NCBI GenBank assembly: GCA_964589975.1
Contig: CAZPVH010000001.1
Coordinates: forward strand, 23,214-87,213
Length of the DNA: 64,000 nucleotides
Direction: 5' to 3'
Source: an uncultured Candidatus Saccharibacteria bacterium
GTDB taxonomy: Bacteria > Patescibacteriota > Minisyncoccia > Phycocordibacterales > CSBR16-119
Of the stretch, positions 43,409 through 52,587 are shown one piece after another. Position 1 is the first letter of the stretch, and every line of letters begins with the position of its first letter. The notes below the pieces were generated by a model that did not search any database, had not been told where the DNA came from, and saw only the letters and a list, made by a program, of their open reading frames with translations. The position numbers were made by a program, and so were the translations under genes.

Positions 43409-43439
43409 CTGGTCACTAGAAGCTATAAGCTGGTATACT
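43409..43439 (+). promoter_or_regulatory. pth promoter with extended -10 TGgTATACT; near-leaderless
   Basis: -10 ends 6 nt before ATG 43446; weak -35 (TGGTCA). Confidence 0.45.
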
Positions 43440-43445
43440 TTTCAT

Positions 43446-44042
43446 ATGCACTTAATCATAGGACTTGGGAATCCGGGAGAAAAATATTTGAAGTCGCGTC
43501 ACAACGCGGGCTTCATCGCGCTCCGCGCTGTCGTCGGCGACACTTGGACTAGCGAAAGTCACGAGAAATCTCTCATCTCTCACGAAACTTTTTTGGATCG
43601 CGAGCTTCTATACGCCATGCCGCAGACTTTTATGAATAACTCTGGGCTTGCCGTGAAGACGCTTCAGAAAAAACACGGAGTCTCACCTGAGAATATCATC
43701 GTAATTCATGACGACATTGATCTGCCATTTAGCACTATGAAAATCCAATTTGGACGCGGCTCCGGCGGGCACAATGGTGTGCAGTCGATTATTGATCATA
43801 TTGGCACAAATGAATTCATTCGGATCAAGATCGGCATTGCGCCAAAGGATGCTGATGGCAAAGCTATTAAGCCAAGGCCCGGAATTTTCCAGAGCCAGAA
43901 AGCGGCGGTTTCAAAATACGTTCTCAAAGATTTTTCAAAAAGCGAGCTTGATGTGATGAAAGAAATGAAGGAAAAGATTCATACAACAATTACAACCATT
44001 GTGAAAGATGGCAGGCAAGTGGCGATGAATAAGTTTAATTAA
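43446..44042 (+). CDS. pth: peptidyl-tRNA hydrolase
   Basis: MHLIIGLGNPG...HNAG motif. Start set at the internal ATG 43446. Confidence 0.93.
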   Translation: MHLIIGLGNPGEKYLKSRHNAGFIALRAVVGDTWTSESHEKSLISHETFLDRELLYAMPQTFMNNSGLAVKTLQKKHGVSPENIIVIHDDIDLPFSTMKIQFGRGSGGHNGVQSIIDHIGTNEFIRIKIGIAPKDADGKAIKPRPGIFQSQKAAVSKYVLKDFSKSELDVMKEMKEKIHTTITTIVKDGRQVAMNKFN

Positions 44043-44054
44043 TCCCATGCGAAA

Positions 44055-44083
44055 GCCCCCGACGTGAGTCGGGGGCTTTGATC
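44055..44083. terminator. bidirectional terminator (gcccccgacgtgagtcgggggc)
   Basis: Perfect hairpin with flanking A/T runs. Confidence 0.7.
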
Positions 44084-44795
44084 ATGCATGTACTGCTTCG
44101 GCCATGGCTTTCACCAGTACGGGATCAAGTGACGTAAAAGAAGAACTCATACCGGTGGCTACGATAAAGCAGTCGGCATACGGCTTGAACAGTTCCACAT
44201 TGTCCGGCGTCATGCCGCTCGCGATGGCGAGCGGATGAGTAGGGCCGATCGCATCGCGTATCGTAGCGATCTTTGGCAATGGCGGCATCAGGCCGGTCTT
44301 GTCACCGCTTGTGGTGATGATGTCGATGTGGTCCTTGGCGAGCCTAGCGCCACCAAAGAGATCTTTGATCTGCACCTGATGCTTGAAGGCATATCCACCG
44401 AAGTGGAGACCGTTCCACCCCAAAGTCTTGCGATCATTACGGAAATCTTCCGCAACAAACGAAACACTTGGTTCCCCGTTTTCTGTTTCATAAATGAAGC
44501 CCTGGTCGGTCCAGAGGCCTGGGCATCCGCGGGGCATGCACCCTAGGGCAGAATCGATATTGAGACCAAGCATGTTGATACCCAACCAATGCTTTTTCTT
44601 GGTGTCCATGCGTTGGCGCACCGCTTCATAAACGGACAAAAGATGTCCGTGGCTATGATGATGATTGATCAGGAACACACCGTCAGCGCCATTTTCAAAG
44701 GCGACTTCGGTGTTGTGGTATGCCTGGTCAATGCTTTCTACGTGGACTACCGCGATCAGACTGTGTTTCTGTGGGAATATGTCTTTGTACGCCAT
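44082..44795 (-). CDS. BtpA/SgcQ-family TIM-barrel protein
   Basis: LIAVVHV...GADGVFLINHHH ... LGINMLGLNID ... TTSGDKTG...AIASGMTPDNV pattern typical of PF03437. Confidence 0.55.
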   Translation of the reverse strand: MAYKDIFPQKHSLIAVVHVESIDQAYHNTEVAFENGADGVFLINHHHSHGHLLSVYEAVRQRMDTKKKHWLGINMLGLNIDSALGCMPRGCPGLWTDQGFIYETENGEPSVSFVAEDFRNDRKTLGWNGLHFGGYAFKHQVQIKDLFGGARLAKDHIDIITTSGDKTGLMPPLPKIATIRDAIGPTHPLAIASGMTPDNVELFKPYADCFIVATGMSSSFTSLDPVLVKAMAEAVHA

Positions 44796-44913
44796 GGTCT
44801 TTTGTTTAGGTCCTGTTTTTGGGCTACATTATGTCATTTCTCTTAAAAAAGCCAGAGCCTTGAAAAAACGCGTGATAAGCGTAATATGTGGGCGAACCAA
44901 CCCGCACCCCCAC

Positions 44914-45765
44914 ATGATGCATAAACCCTACATCGGTATTACCGATTTCATGACGGCCCAGCAAGTCGACGACACTCTACATTGGATGAATGTGAATCGG
45001 GTCGAGTCCCCGATACCCAGGGCGCTCGGAGTCGGAGTGATGATGAGCTACAAGACCCTGAACGGGATCAAGACCCAATGGTCCGAAGCTTTCCCGAAGA
45101 AGCAAGATGTTGCGAGTATTTTCATCAAACATCCGAAGGCTTACAATGTGCTGCACTACGCTGACATGGAAGGCATCGATCTTCTCACAAACCTCGAACA
45201 GGCTCGTTTTTTCGGCGGTAGCAATTTGCATGCTATGCAGCTCGACATGGTCTGGCCTGATAGCCGAGAAGTGTATCGCTTCAAGCAATCGAACAGGGAT
45301 ATCGATCTCATCCTGCAGATTGGAACGAAGGCGTTCGAGTTGGTCGGTAACGATCCTGAGAAATTTCTCATGAAGCTCGACGAGTATGGTGAAAGCCTTG
45401 AAGCTGTGCTGCTTGATAAAAGCATGGGCAAGGGGCTCGGCATGGACGCGCAAGCGCTGCTTCCGTTCGTCCGGGCAATCACTGATCGTTTTGGTAACAA
45501 TATCCGCATCGTGGTGGCCGGCGGACTCGGACCAAACAGCATTGATCTGGTAGAGCCAATCGCGCGCGAATTCCCGCTCATCTCGATTGATGCGCAAGGA
45601 AGACTGCGTCCGAGCGGGAATGCGCTGGATCCGATCGATTGGTCTATGGCATCTGAATATGTCTGGAAAGCAGAGAAGTTGTTCAGCCGTTGTGTCGATG
45701 AATATCGCATTCAGGCCGACCTGGGTCGCAAGCAAGATCTTTCATGGGAGAAAGCCACCTACTAA
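44914..45765 (+). CDS. TrpF-like (phosphoribosylanthranilate isomerase fold) TIM-barrel protein
   Basis: Alignable blocks: KPYIGITDF, HAMQLDMVWPD, LLDKSMGKGLGMD, VVAGGLGPNSI...ISIDAQGRLRPSGN. Start set at ATG 44914 (the track ORF overlaps the divergent gene). Confidence 0.5.
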   Translation: MMHKPYIGITDFMTAQQVDDTLHWMNVNRVESPIPRALGVGVMMSYKTLNGIKTQWSEAFPKKQDVASIFIKHPKAYNVLHYADMEGIDLLTNLEQARFFGGSNLHAMQLDMVWPDSREVYRFKQSNRDIDLILQIGTKAFELVGNDPEKFLMKLDEYGESLEAVLLDKSMGKGLGMDAQALLPFVRAITDRFGNNIRIVVAGGLGPNSIDLVEPIAREFPLISIDAQGRLRPSGNALDPIDWSMASEYVWKAEKLFSRCVDEYRIQADLGRKQDLSWEKATY

Positions 45766-45782
45766 GAAGTCTCCAAAAGCAG

Positions 45783-45812
45783 AAGGCCCCGACAAGTCGG
45801 GGCCTTTACTTT
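45783..45812 (+). terminator. terminator (ggccccgacaagtcggggcc + T-run)
   Basis: Perfect hairpin. Confidence 0.7.
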
Positions 45813-45856
45813 TTTGTTGTACAGAGTAGTATTGGTAAAAACAATACCCGGAGATC

Positions 45857-46102
45857 ATGGTAACAGCAAAGTTTGCGCTCAAAGTAGTACGAGGAGTCAT
45901 TGTCAGCAGTTACAAGGAGATCCTCCTAGTCATCGTTGTACTGACAAGCATTTGGACGCTAGGAGCTTGGATGGTAGTAGGAGATTTCATGCGAGCCCTA
46001 CGGATTGGATTCATTTGCGGAAGCTCGCTGACGTTTGCCGCAGCCGTGGTCGGGTGGATAATTGGGATGGTAAGGTTCAGCAGGAAACATCCAGGACACT
46101 GA
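45857..46102 (+). CDS. small membrane protein, 81 aa
   Basis: 2 TM helices. Confidence 0.5.
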   Translation: MVTAKFALKVVRGVIVSSYKEILLVIVVLTSIWTLGAWMVVGDFMRALRIGFICGSSLTFAAAVVGWIIGMVRFSRKHPGH

Positions 46103-46112
46103 TTCTAAAGCA

Positions 46113-46147
46113 AAAGGCGCACCGCTAGGTGCGCCTTCGCTGTTTTT
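46113..46147. terminator. bidirectional terminator (ggcgcaccgctaggtgcgcc + T-run)
   Basis: Hairpin between convergent genes. Confidence 0.65.
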
Positions 46148-46148
46148 A

Positions 46149-47216
46149 TTATTTGTTTTCTACGAATGCGAGCGTCATCTTCTGATCTTTTGGTTCGAAG
46201 ATATTGATCTGGAAGTTGTATGACTTCCCGAGCTCGAGAGATTCTCGGAGCTTTTCTTCTGTGCCAAATGATGAGTTGTGAACGAGTCCGGCAACGCCGT
46301 CCTTGATAGAAACCAAGGCGCCGTGCTTGTTGAACTTGATAACAACGCCAGAGACGATGTCGCCCTTCTTCAATTTGCCATCAAACTCATGCCAGGGATT
46401 TTCCTTGAAAGCCTTGAGGGAGAGGGAAATCTTACCGTCCTTGATCTCGATGATTCGAGCCTTGACCTTGTCGCCAACCTTGAAGAGTTTTCGAGGGTCT
46501 TCGATGAGTCCCCAGTCGATCTCAGAGATGTGGACGAGTCCTTCGAGGCCGTCTTCAATCTTGAGGAAGATGCCGAAGTCTACGACGCCAGCAACTTCGC
46601 ACTCCAGGTCATCGCCAACAGTGTACTTCTCGACAACTTCTTTGCGCTCTTCCTGGTTTGTCGCTTTCTCGGAGAAGACAAGTTTGTCTTCCTGAGGATT
46701 GATACCGATGATGATGACTGCAAGTTTCTCACCGACGAATTTTCGGAGCTCGGTTAGAATCTTGTCCTTGTCAGAACCTTCAACTCGTGGATAGTGCTCA
46801 GGTTTGAGCTGAGAAGCCGGAAGGAATCCCTGTATGCCTCGCCATTCAATGATAAGTCCACCCTTGTTCGCTTCTTTAACTGGAAGGTCTAAGACTTCTT
46901 GCTTCTTCATGTATTCCTCGGCCTCCTTCCAGACCAGAGCCTGGCGAGCCTCCTTTAGAGAGAGCTCAGAGTAGCCTTCGGCATTCTGCACTTCGACGAC
47001 CTTTGCTTTGATTGTGTCGCCGATTCTAATATTTTTGATGATGTCGCGGGCGTTCAGGTATTCCTTTCCGTAAATAATGCCCGAGCCGAAAAGTCCGAGG
47101 TCGATAAAGACAGCCGCCTTTCGGATGTCCAAAACCTGGCCTTCGACAATAGAACCCGCGTGTATATTGAACGCCGATTCTTCCAATGTCTTTTTTAATT
47201 CTTCTGTCATTTCCAT
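46149..47216 (-). CDS. rpsA: 30S ribosomal protein S1 (4 S1 domains, 355 aa)
   Basis: Four tandem S1 OB-fold repeats. Confidence 0.93.
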   Translation of the reverse strand: MEMTEELKKTLEESAFNIHAGSIVEGQVLDIRKAAVFIDLGLFGSGIIYGKEYLNARDIIKNIRIGDTIKAKVVEVQNAEGYSELSLKEARQALVWKEAEEYMKKQEVLDLPVKEANKGGLIIEWRGIQGFLPASQLKPEHYPRVEGSDKDKILTELRKFVGEKLAVIIIGINPQEDKLVFSEKATNQEERKEVVEKYTVGDDLECEVAGVVDFGIFLKIEDGLEGLVHISEIDWGLIEDPRKLFKVGDKVKARIIEIKDGKISLSLKAFKENPWHEFDGKLKKGDIVSGVVIKFNKHGALVSIKDGVAGLVHNSSFGTEEKLRESLELGKSYNFQINIFEPKDQKMTLAFVENK

Positions 47217-47330
47217 AAAAATATCCGCTTTTAAAGCGGATTCATAAACTGTTTCTAGGGTTTAGTCGCTCGTGCCACATGGCCGGTTGCTTCTAAGGTT
47301 AGCCTAAAAATCCAACTTGCTAATGAACGC

Positions 47331-47358
47331 ATATTACTATAAAGACAGTTTTTTGCAA
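47331..47358 (-). promoter_or_regulatory. rpsA promoter TTGCAA-N16-TAATAT with a ~115-nt leader containing a hairpin (ccgctttaaaagcgg) just upstream of the start
   Basis: Minus strand: tTTGCAAaaaactgtctttatagTAATAT. Confidence 0.5.
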
Positions 47359-47445
47359 CCATCGCGATAATCCACATATATATAGAACGAATCTCTTCAC
47401 AACTTGATATAATTAATGCGTTATATTTAACCCTATTTTTTCTAT

Positions 47446-47811
47446 ATGAAAAATACACCAGATTATTATTCGAGGGCGACCCAAAGTGTCTTTATTGTTG
47501 CTGGGATTCTTATGCTAGTAACTTTCCCGTATTTCTTTAAGCAGTTTGAGTTTGGGACATTCGCCATTTTGGCCGTGATCGTATTGGTTGCTATCGGCGC
47601 AGGCTGGGCTACCGGCAGTAACCTGATGACCAGGAAGCTAAATGTTTTAATCGCCATCGCTGGCTGCGCGATAGCCTCATTCAAAGCCGTTAGTCTTTTC
47701 TTTAATGGCGTTGAAGAGCCACTCGCCATATTCTCTTTCTGGGTTCTCCAGCTCCTGTCACTTCTATTTTTCTTTGCAATCTACTTCAGCATAAAGGCGA
47801 GCCGACGATAA
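47446..47811 (+). CDS. membrane protein, 121 aa (4 TM)
   Basis: Hydrophobic ORF immediately upstream of the T4CP-like ATPase. Confidence 0.55.
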   Translation: MKNTPDYYSRATQSVFIVAGILMLVTFPYFFKQFEFGTFAILAVIVLVAIGAGWATGSNLMTRKLNVLIAIAGCAIASFKAVSLFFNGVEEPLAIFSFWVLQLLSLLFFFAIYFSIKASRR

Positions 47812-47828
47812 GGTGCTAGAATATATGC

Positions 47829-49880
47829 ATGGCGGCAGACACGGTAACATACTTCGCTGAAACTGATTTTCGCGGAGAAAAAAGATCATTCGGAATCAAG
47901 AACGAGGACAGATCTCGGCATGTTTATGTTATTGGAAAGACCGGTATGGGTAAGTCGACACTCCTCGAGAACTTGGCCGCCCAGGATATTCAAAACGGCG
48001 AGGGTATGTGCTTCATCGATCCTCACGGCTCGGCAATCGACACACTGCTAGAATATATTCCCGAGGAGCGCATAAAAGATGTCGTCTATTTCGCGCCGTT
48101 TGACTCTGACTTTCCGATTTCATTTAACGTTATGGAAGACGTGGGCGCTGATCAGCGCCACCTAGTTGTGTCGGGGCTCATGTCTGCCTTTAAAAAAATC
48201 TGGGTCGACGCCTGGTCGGCCAGAATGGAACACATTTTGAATAATACAATTCTCGCGCTTTTGGAGTACCCGGGCTCGACCTTGCTTGGCGTGAACCGGA
48301 TGTACGCGGACAAGGGCTTCCGCGAAGAAGTCGTTTCAAAAGTCACCGACCCTGGAGTTAAAAGCTTTTGGAACGAAGAGTTCGCCAAATGGGATGAAAG
48401 ATTCATGCGCGAAGCGACGGCTGCTATTCAAAACAAGATCGGCCAATTTACTTCTAATCCTCTCATTCGAAACATTGTCGGCCAAGGACATTCGAGTTTC
48501 GATATCCGAAAGCTGATGGACGAAAAGAAGATATTCTTAGTGAACCTTTCAAAAGGACGCATCGGCGAACAGAATGCCGGACTTCTTGGCGCCATGATCG
48601 TAACGAAAATCTACTTGGCGGCTATGTCCCGCGCTGACGTTACCAAGTCCGCTATGTCGCAATTACCTCCGTTTTTCCTTTTTGTCGACGAATTCCAAAA
48701 CTTTGCAAACGACTCCTTCTCCGATATTTTGGCGGAGGCGCGAAAGTATAAATTAAATCTAACAATCGCGCACCAATACATTGAACAGATGGAAGAATCT
48801 GTTCGCGATGCTGTATTCGGCAACGTCGGTACAACCATTTCTTTTCGCGTTGGACCACTCGATGCGGAGGTCCTTGAGAAGATTTTCTTGCCGACATTTA
48901 CAGCTGAAGACATTGTCAATCTGGGTAAATACCAGATCTATCTGACGCTGATGATTGATGGAGTTGGGTCAAAGCCGTTCTCGGCAACCAACATGGCGCC
49001 GCTAAAGAAGAAGACAGTCACTTATAGAAATGAGGTTATTGAATTTTCTCGCGCGACGTATGCTCATAACCGCGGTGAGGTTCAAGGCGGAATCGAAGCT
49101 TGGCATGCAAATAATTATGAAACCGGAAAGGATAAAAAGGAACGCGAAAAGAAAGAAGCGTATCTAGCCGAGAAGGCTCAAAAAGAAAAATTACTTTATG
49201 GTGATAATCCGCCTCCTCCCGGGCCAGCCAAGATTCAAATCCCAGATGATATTGTTAAGAAGATTTCTGAAAAGCGCCCTCCGGGATCTACTGAGTACGG
49301 CAGCCGACCGCGCGAAGAAAAGCCGGTCGCTTCACCAAGCCGCGACAATCGACCTTTCCAGAAAGCGCTGACTGAAATTAGGTCTACGCCTCAAAACATA
49401 CCAAAACCTAATGTTTCTCTTGACGGGTCTAGTGGTCGCGTGAGTCAGGGGGGAGGCGCTGTTCAGCAGCACAATAATTTGAATAGGCCACGGGTAGATG
49501 TTCCTCGCCCCGCAAGTAATCAGCCGGCCCAGAATCAGCCATTTAGAAAGCTTGATCCGAAAATCGCTACCGACAAGAATAAAAGCCTTTTGAAGGATGT
49601 ACTTTCGCGCGCGCTTGAAAAGATGCCAGCCGCACAAAAAATCGCGCAAGCGGAAAATACTTCTGAAAATAAATCGACTTCTTCGATTGACATTGTCGCT
49701 CCCATAAATCAGCCAGAAATTACTCCAATCAAAAAAGATGCTCCGGCGCAGCTTAACGCCAATGCTCCTACAAATCTCGATTTTTCAAAACGAGAAGAGG
49801 ACAAGAGAACTGAAGAGTCAGATAAGCCGAAAAAACCTAGAGAAATTCCTGAAGATGTTCTAAAACAAATATTGGAATAA
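47829..49880 (+). CDS. VirD4/TraG/TraD-like type IV coupling-protein-family ATPase (FtsK/HerA superfamily), soluble, with a ~280-aa disordered C-terminal tail
   Basis: Walker A VIGKTGMGKSTL, Walker B FLFVDEFQNF, T4CP-like all-alpha region. No N-terminal TM. C-terminus Pro/Lys/Glu-rich. Confidence 0.7.
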   Translation: MAADTVTYFAETDFRGEKRSFGIKNEDRSRHVYVIGKTGMGKSTLLENLAAQDIQNGEGMCFIDPHGSAIDTLLEYIPEERIKDVVYFAPFDSDFPISFNVMEDVGADQRHLVVSGLMSAFKKIWVDAWSARMEHILNNTILALLEYPGSTLLGVNRMYADKGFREEVVSKVTDPGVKSFWNEEFAKWDERFMREATAAIQNKIGQFTSNPLIRNIVGQGHSSFDIRKLMDEKKIFLVNLSKGRIGEQNAGLLGAMIVTKIYLAAMSRADVTKSAMSQLPPFFLFVDEFQNFANDSFSDILAEARKYKLNLTIAHQYIEQMEESVRDAVFGNVGTTISFRVGPLDAEVLEKIFLPTFTAEDIVNLGKYQIYLTLMIDGVGSKPFSATNMAPLKKKTVTYRNEVIEFSRATYAHNRGEVQGGIEAWHANNYETGKDKKEREKKEAYLAEKAQKEKLLYGDNPPPPGPAKIQIPDDIVKKISEKRPPGSTEYGSRPREEKPVASPSRDNRPFQKALTEIRSTPQNIPKPNVSLDGSSGRVSQGGGAVQQHNNLNRPRVDVPRPASNQPAQNQPFRKLDPKIATDKNKSLLKDVLSRALEKMPAAQKIAQAENTSENKSTSSIDIVAPINQPEITPIKKDAPAQLNANAPTNLDFSKREEDKRTEESDKPKKPREIPEDVLKQILE

Positions 49881-49903
49881 TTATAATTAAATAAAAGTTT
49901 TAT

Positions 49904-51331
49904 ATGTTTGATAGAAACATTATCTTCAAAGCTTTATTAATAGGTGGGTTTTTGGTGTTACCGATAATTACTCGAGCTGAAGTTTTAGTCACAGAGCTTG
50001 CTTGGATGGGTACGACAGTTTCTGCAAATGACGAATGGATTGAGATATATAACAGTGGTGGAGAGTCGGTAAGTCTTACCGGTTGGACACTCACGGCTTC
50101 AGACGGAACTCCAAGCATTACATTGTCTGGCTCAATCGGCGCGGGAGAATACAAACTACTGGAACGTACAGACGATACAACATATCCGGGGATTACGGCC
50201 CATCAGATATTTACTGGAGCACTCGCAAATGAAGGAGAGAATCTCTCGCTCAAAGATAACGGAGCAGTGGTCCAATCAATGCCATTTTCTAGCGGATGGC
50301 CAGCAGGTGATTCGGTCACAAAGAAAACGATGCAATGGACGGGCTCTGCTTGGGTAACCGCTGATGAAACTGCGGGAAGCGCTACAACTGCTACATCAAG
50401 TGAGGAAGAAGAGGAGAATCAAGAAGAAGAGACAGGCGGAGAAGAAGAGGAGAATAATGAAGAGGAAGATGAGGAAGAGGTTGTAACTATAGCAACCGGA
50501 AGTCATACTGCACCAAAGCGAACGGTCTATGATGATATGGTTTTCGAACTTGATTTCCCGACGCGAGCTGTGGCAGGTAGCCCTGTGCGTTTTAGCGCTC
50601 AAGCTCTTGATTTTGATCGCACGAAACTCAGAAAAGGGAAATATATTTTCAACATGGGCGATGGAACTGTCCGAACTTTCAGTAAGGACTGGAACGGTAA
50701 GAGTGTCGGTTTCTTTTATCATGCGTATGATCACCCCGGTACGTATCAGATCTCGATAAAATACTACATGACAGTTTTCGAGGATTTACCGCCAGAAGTA
50801 GAAGATACTTGGACAATCGAAGTTTTGGCGCCGAGTATTTCTATTTCAAGAATCATGAATGATGGTTCAGTCGAGATGAAGAATATGTCGACTGGGGCTG
50901 TAGATATTTCTAAATGGGTTCTTTCTGATAATTCGGGTAGGAAATTCGAAATCCCCGACGGCTCGGTGATATTGGGAGGCAAGACCGTCGTCTTTGATTC
51001 CAGCACGACGCATTTCGTGGCGGGCGGGATTATTAGCCTCTCAACACCAACCGCCGCTCACGTGGCTTCTTCCATGGCGCTAAGGCCGGTTTCTTCTTAC
51101 AAGCCGACCAGCGTAAAATCCAAAACAGAACAGAAGGAAACCACGGGTGAAGTATTGGGAGTTAGTTCAGCTAGCCCTGCCGAAGATACCGCTATTGCAG
51201 AAGTAAAAGAAAAACCCGGCGCTTTAGTCTGGGTTCTTCTCTTTATAATTCTGGTCTTGGCATCCGTCATTGCCGTTCTTCTCTTGAAAAGGGAAGAACA
51301 CAAAGAAGAATATCTTCTAATCGACGAATAA
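49904..51331 (+). CDS. lamin-tail-domain (LTD) surface protein with an acidic E-rich linker and a C-terminal TM anchor
   Basis: Signal peptide; LTD 1 ITELAWMGT..NDEWIEIYNSG..VSLTGWTL; poly-Glu linker; LTD 2 with KWVLSDNSG; C-terminal TM + basic tail. Confidence 0.75.
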   Translation: MFDRNIIFKALLIGGFLVLPIITRAEVLVTELAWMGTTVSANDEWIEIYNSGGESVSLTGWTLTASDGTPSITLSGSIGAGEYKLLERTDDTTYPGITAHQIFTGALANEGENLSLKDNGAVVQSMPFSSGWPAGDSVTKKTMQWTGSAWVTADETAGSATTATSSEEEEENQEEETGGEEEENNEEEDEEEVVTIATGSHTAPKRTVYDDMVFELDFPTRAVAGSPVRFSAQALDFDRTKLRKGKYIFNMGDGTVRTFSKDWNGKSVGFFYHAYDHPGTYQISIKYYMTVFEDLPPEVEDTWTIEVLAPSISISRIMNDGSVEMKNMSTGAVDISKWVLSDNSGRKFEIPDGSVILGGKTVVFDSSTTHFVAGGIISLSTPTAAHVASSMALRPVSSYKPTSVKSKTEQKETTGEVLGVSSASPAEDTAIAEVKEKPGALVWVLLFIILVLASVIAVLLLKREEHKEEYLLIDE

Positions 51332-51332
51332 T

Positions 51333-52583
51333 TTAGTTATTGCTTTTTATGGCAGAAGCTTCGGTCTTTGTGGAATTCGCTTTGGCCAGATCCAGTTCTT
51401 TAAGATGTATATGAGTCTCAATCTCGGAGGCAATGCGGTTTACTTCCTGGGCAAGGGAGAGGGATTCGCGCCACTCTTCTTCGTTGTAAAGTCTAGTAGC
51501 TTCTTTTAGTAGGTCTTCGGCGAGCTTTAGTCTTGATTCAATATTGAATTCCTGGATTACAACTTGGTCTTCTGTGGTAGCGACAGTAGCTTTGTCTAGG
51601 GAAATACTTGATGGAGAGATGCCCACTGGCGCAGACATTTCTGTTTTGATGTTTACAGTATTACTTTCGACTGGCAAATTAATTTCCGCGTCGGTTTCGA
51701 TTTTGGCATCCAAAACGGTCTGACGCTCTTCGATCATACGGATCTTTTCTCGGGCAGAGTCTATACGAGACTTAACCAAGTCCTTTATATCGTCGTTTAT
51801 TTCATTGATAGTTTCTTTGGCATTCTTTTTTATTTCGCTCTGAAGGTCCTCCGCCTTAGCCATCATGGTTGCAACTACGGCGTCAGTTTCAGCCTCGCCT
51901 GATACGTCAGCTATGGTTTCATTCTCCTCGTTTTCAACAGCCTTGATTCCATCCTCAACTTTGGCTATTAGATTCTCAGCGCCGTTATTTTCACCTTCGT
52001 CACCAGATTTTTCCAAGATTTCTTTGTGAGCTTCCATGACAGGGGCTAGCTTTGCTGTTGTCTCAAGCACTAGTTCGACTTCGCCGTCCTCGCGCAACGC
52101 CGCGATGCCTTCTTCAAGCTCTTCAATGTGCTCTTCGATTTGGGCAATAACGATTTTCTGATTATCTGCAGAAAGCTTGTTTGTCTTGGCAAGTGTCTGC
52201 GCTTCCTCAAGACGTCGCTCGACTTTCTTTGACTGGACGGCAACTTTAGCTTCCGGAGATCGGGCGAACCCTTCTTCAATAGCTTCGTTTACATTAACCT
52301 TTATGCTGTAAAGAGTTTCGCCGGGAAGAGAATTTTGCGCGGCATAAGAAACACCGGACCCTCCAGCAACAACGGCGATTATAAGAAGGAAGGCCGCCGC
52401 TTTCACGAAAGAGCGGACTTCGAATATTGAAATATAATTTTTCTCTCTAAGCGCTGGCATCTTGCCGCGGATCGGATTATAAGCAATGAATTCAAGAATT
52501 TTTGCACGCAAAGTATTCTTCTCGTTTTCCGAGAGTCGTTCTAGTTTGGCGCGCTTTATGAAATTTTTTATTTCTTTATTCAT
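51333..52583 (-). CDS. membrane-anchored anti-sigma factor-like protein (DUF5667-like coiled-coil ectodomain)
   Basis: Immediately downstream (4-nt gap) of the ECF sigma; N-terminal cytoplasmic segment, one TM, long helical acidic C-terminal domain. Confidence 0.5.
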   Translation of the reverse strand: MNKEIKNFIKRAKLERLSENEKNTLRAKILEFIAYNPIRGKMPALREKNYISIFEVRSFVKAAAFLLIIAVVAGGSGVSYAAQNSLPGETLYSIKVNVNEAIEEGFARSPEAKVAVQSKKVERRLEEAQTLAKTNKLSADNQKIVIAQIEEHIEELEEGIAALREDGEVELVLETTAKLAPVMEAHKEILEKSGDEGENNGAENLIAKVEDGIKAVENEENETIADVSGEAETDAVVATMMAKAEDLQSEIKKNAKETINEINDDIKDLVKSRIDSAREKIRMIEERQTVLDAKIETDAEINLPVESNTVNIKTEMSAPVGISPSSISLDKATVATTEDQVVIQEFNIESRLKLAEDLLKEATRLYNEEEWRESLSLAQEVNRIASEIETHIHLKELDLAKANSTKTEASAIKSNN

Positions 52584-52587
52584 TTTA

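Noticed and set aside
44665-44913. N-terminal 83 codons of the track ORF 44665-45765
   Set aside because: Overlaps the divergent BtpA-like gene; a plausible start ATG at 44914 gives a TrpF-like protein.
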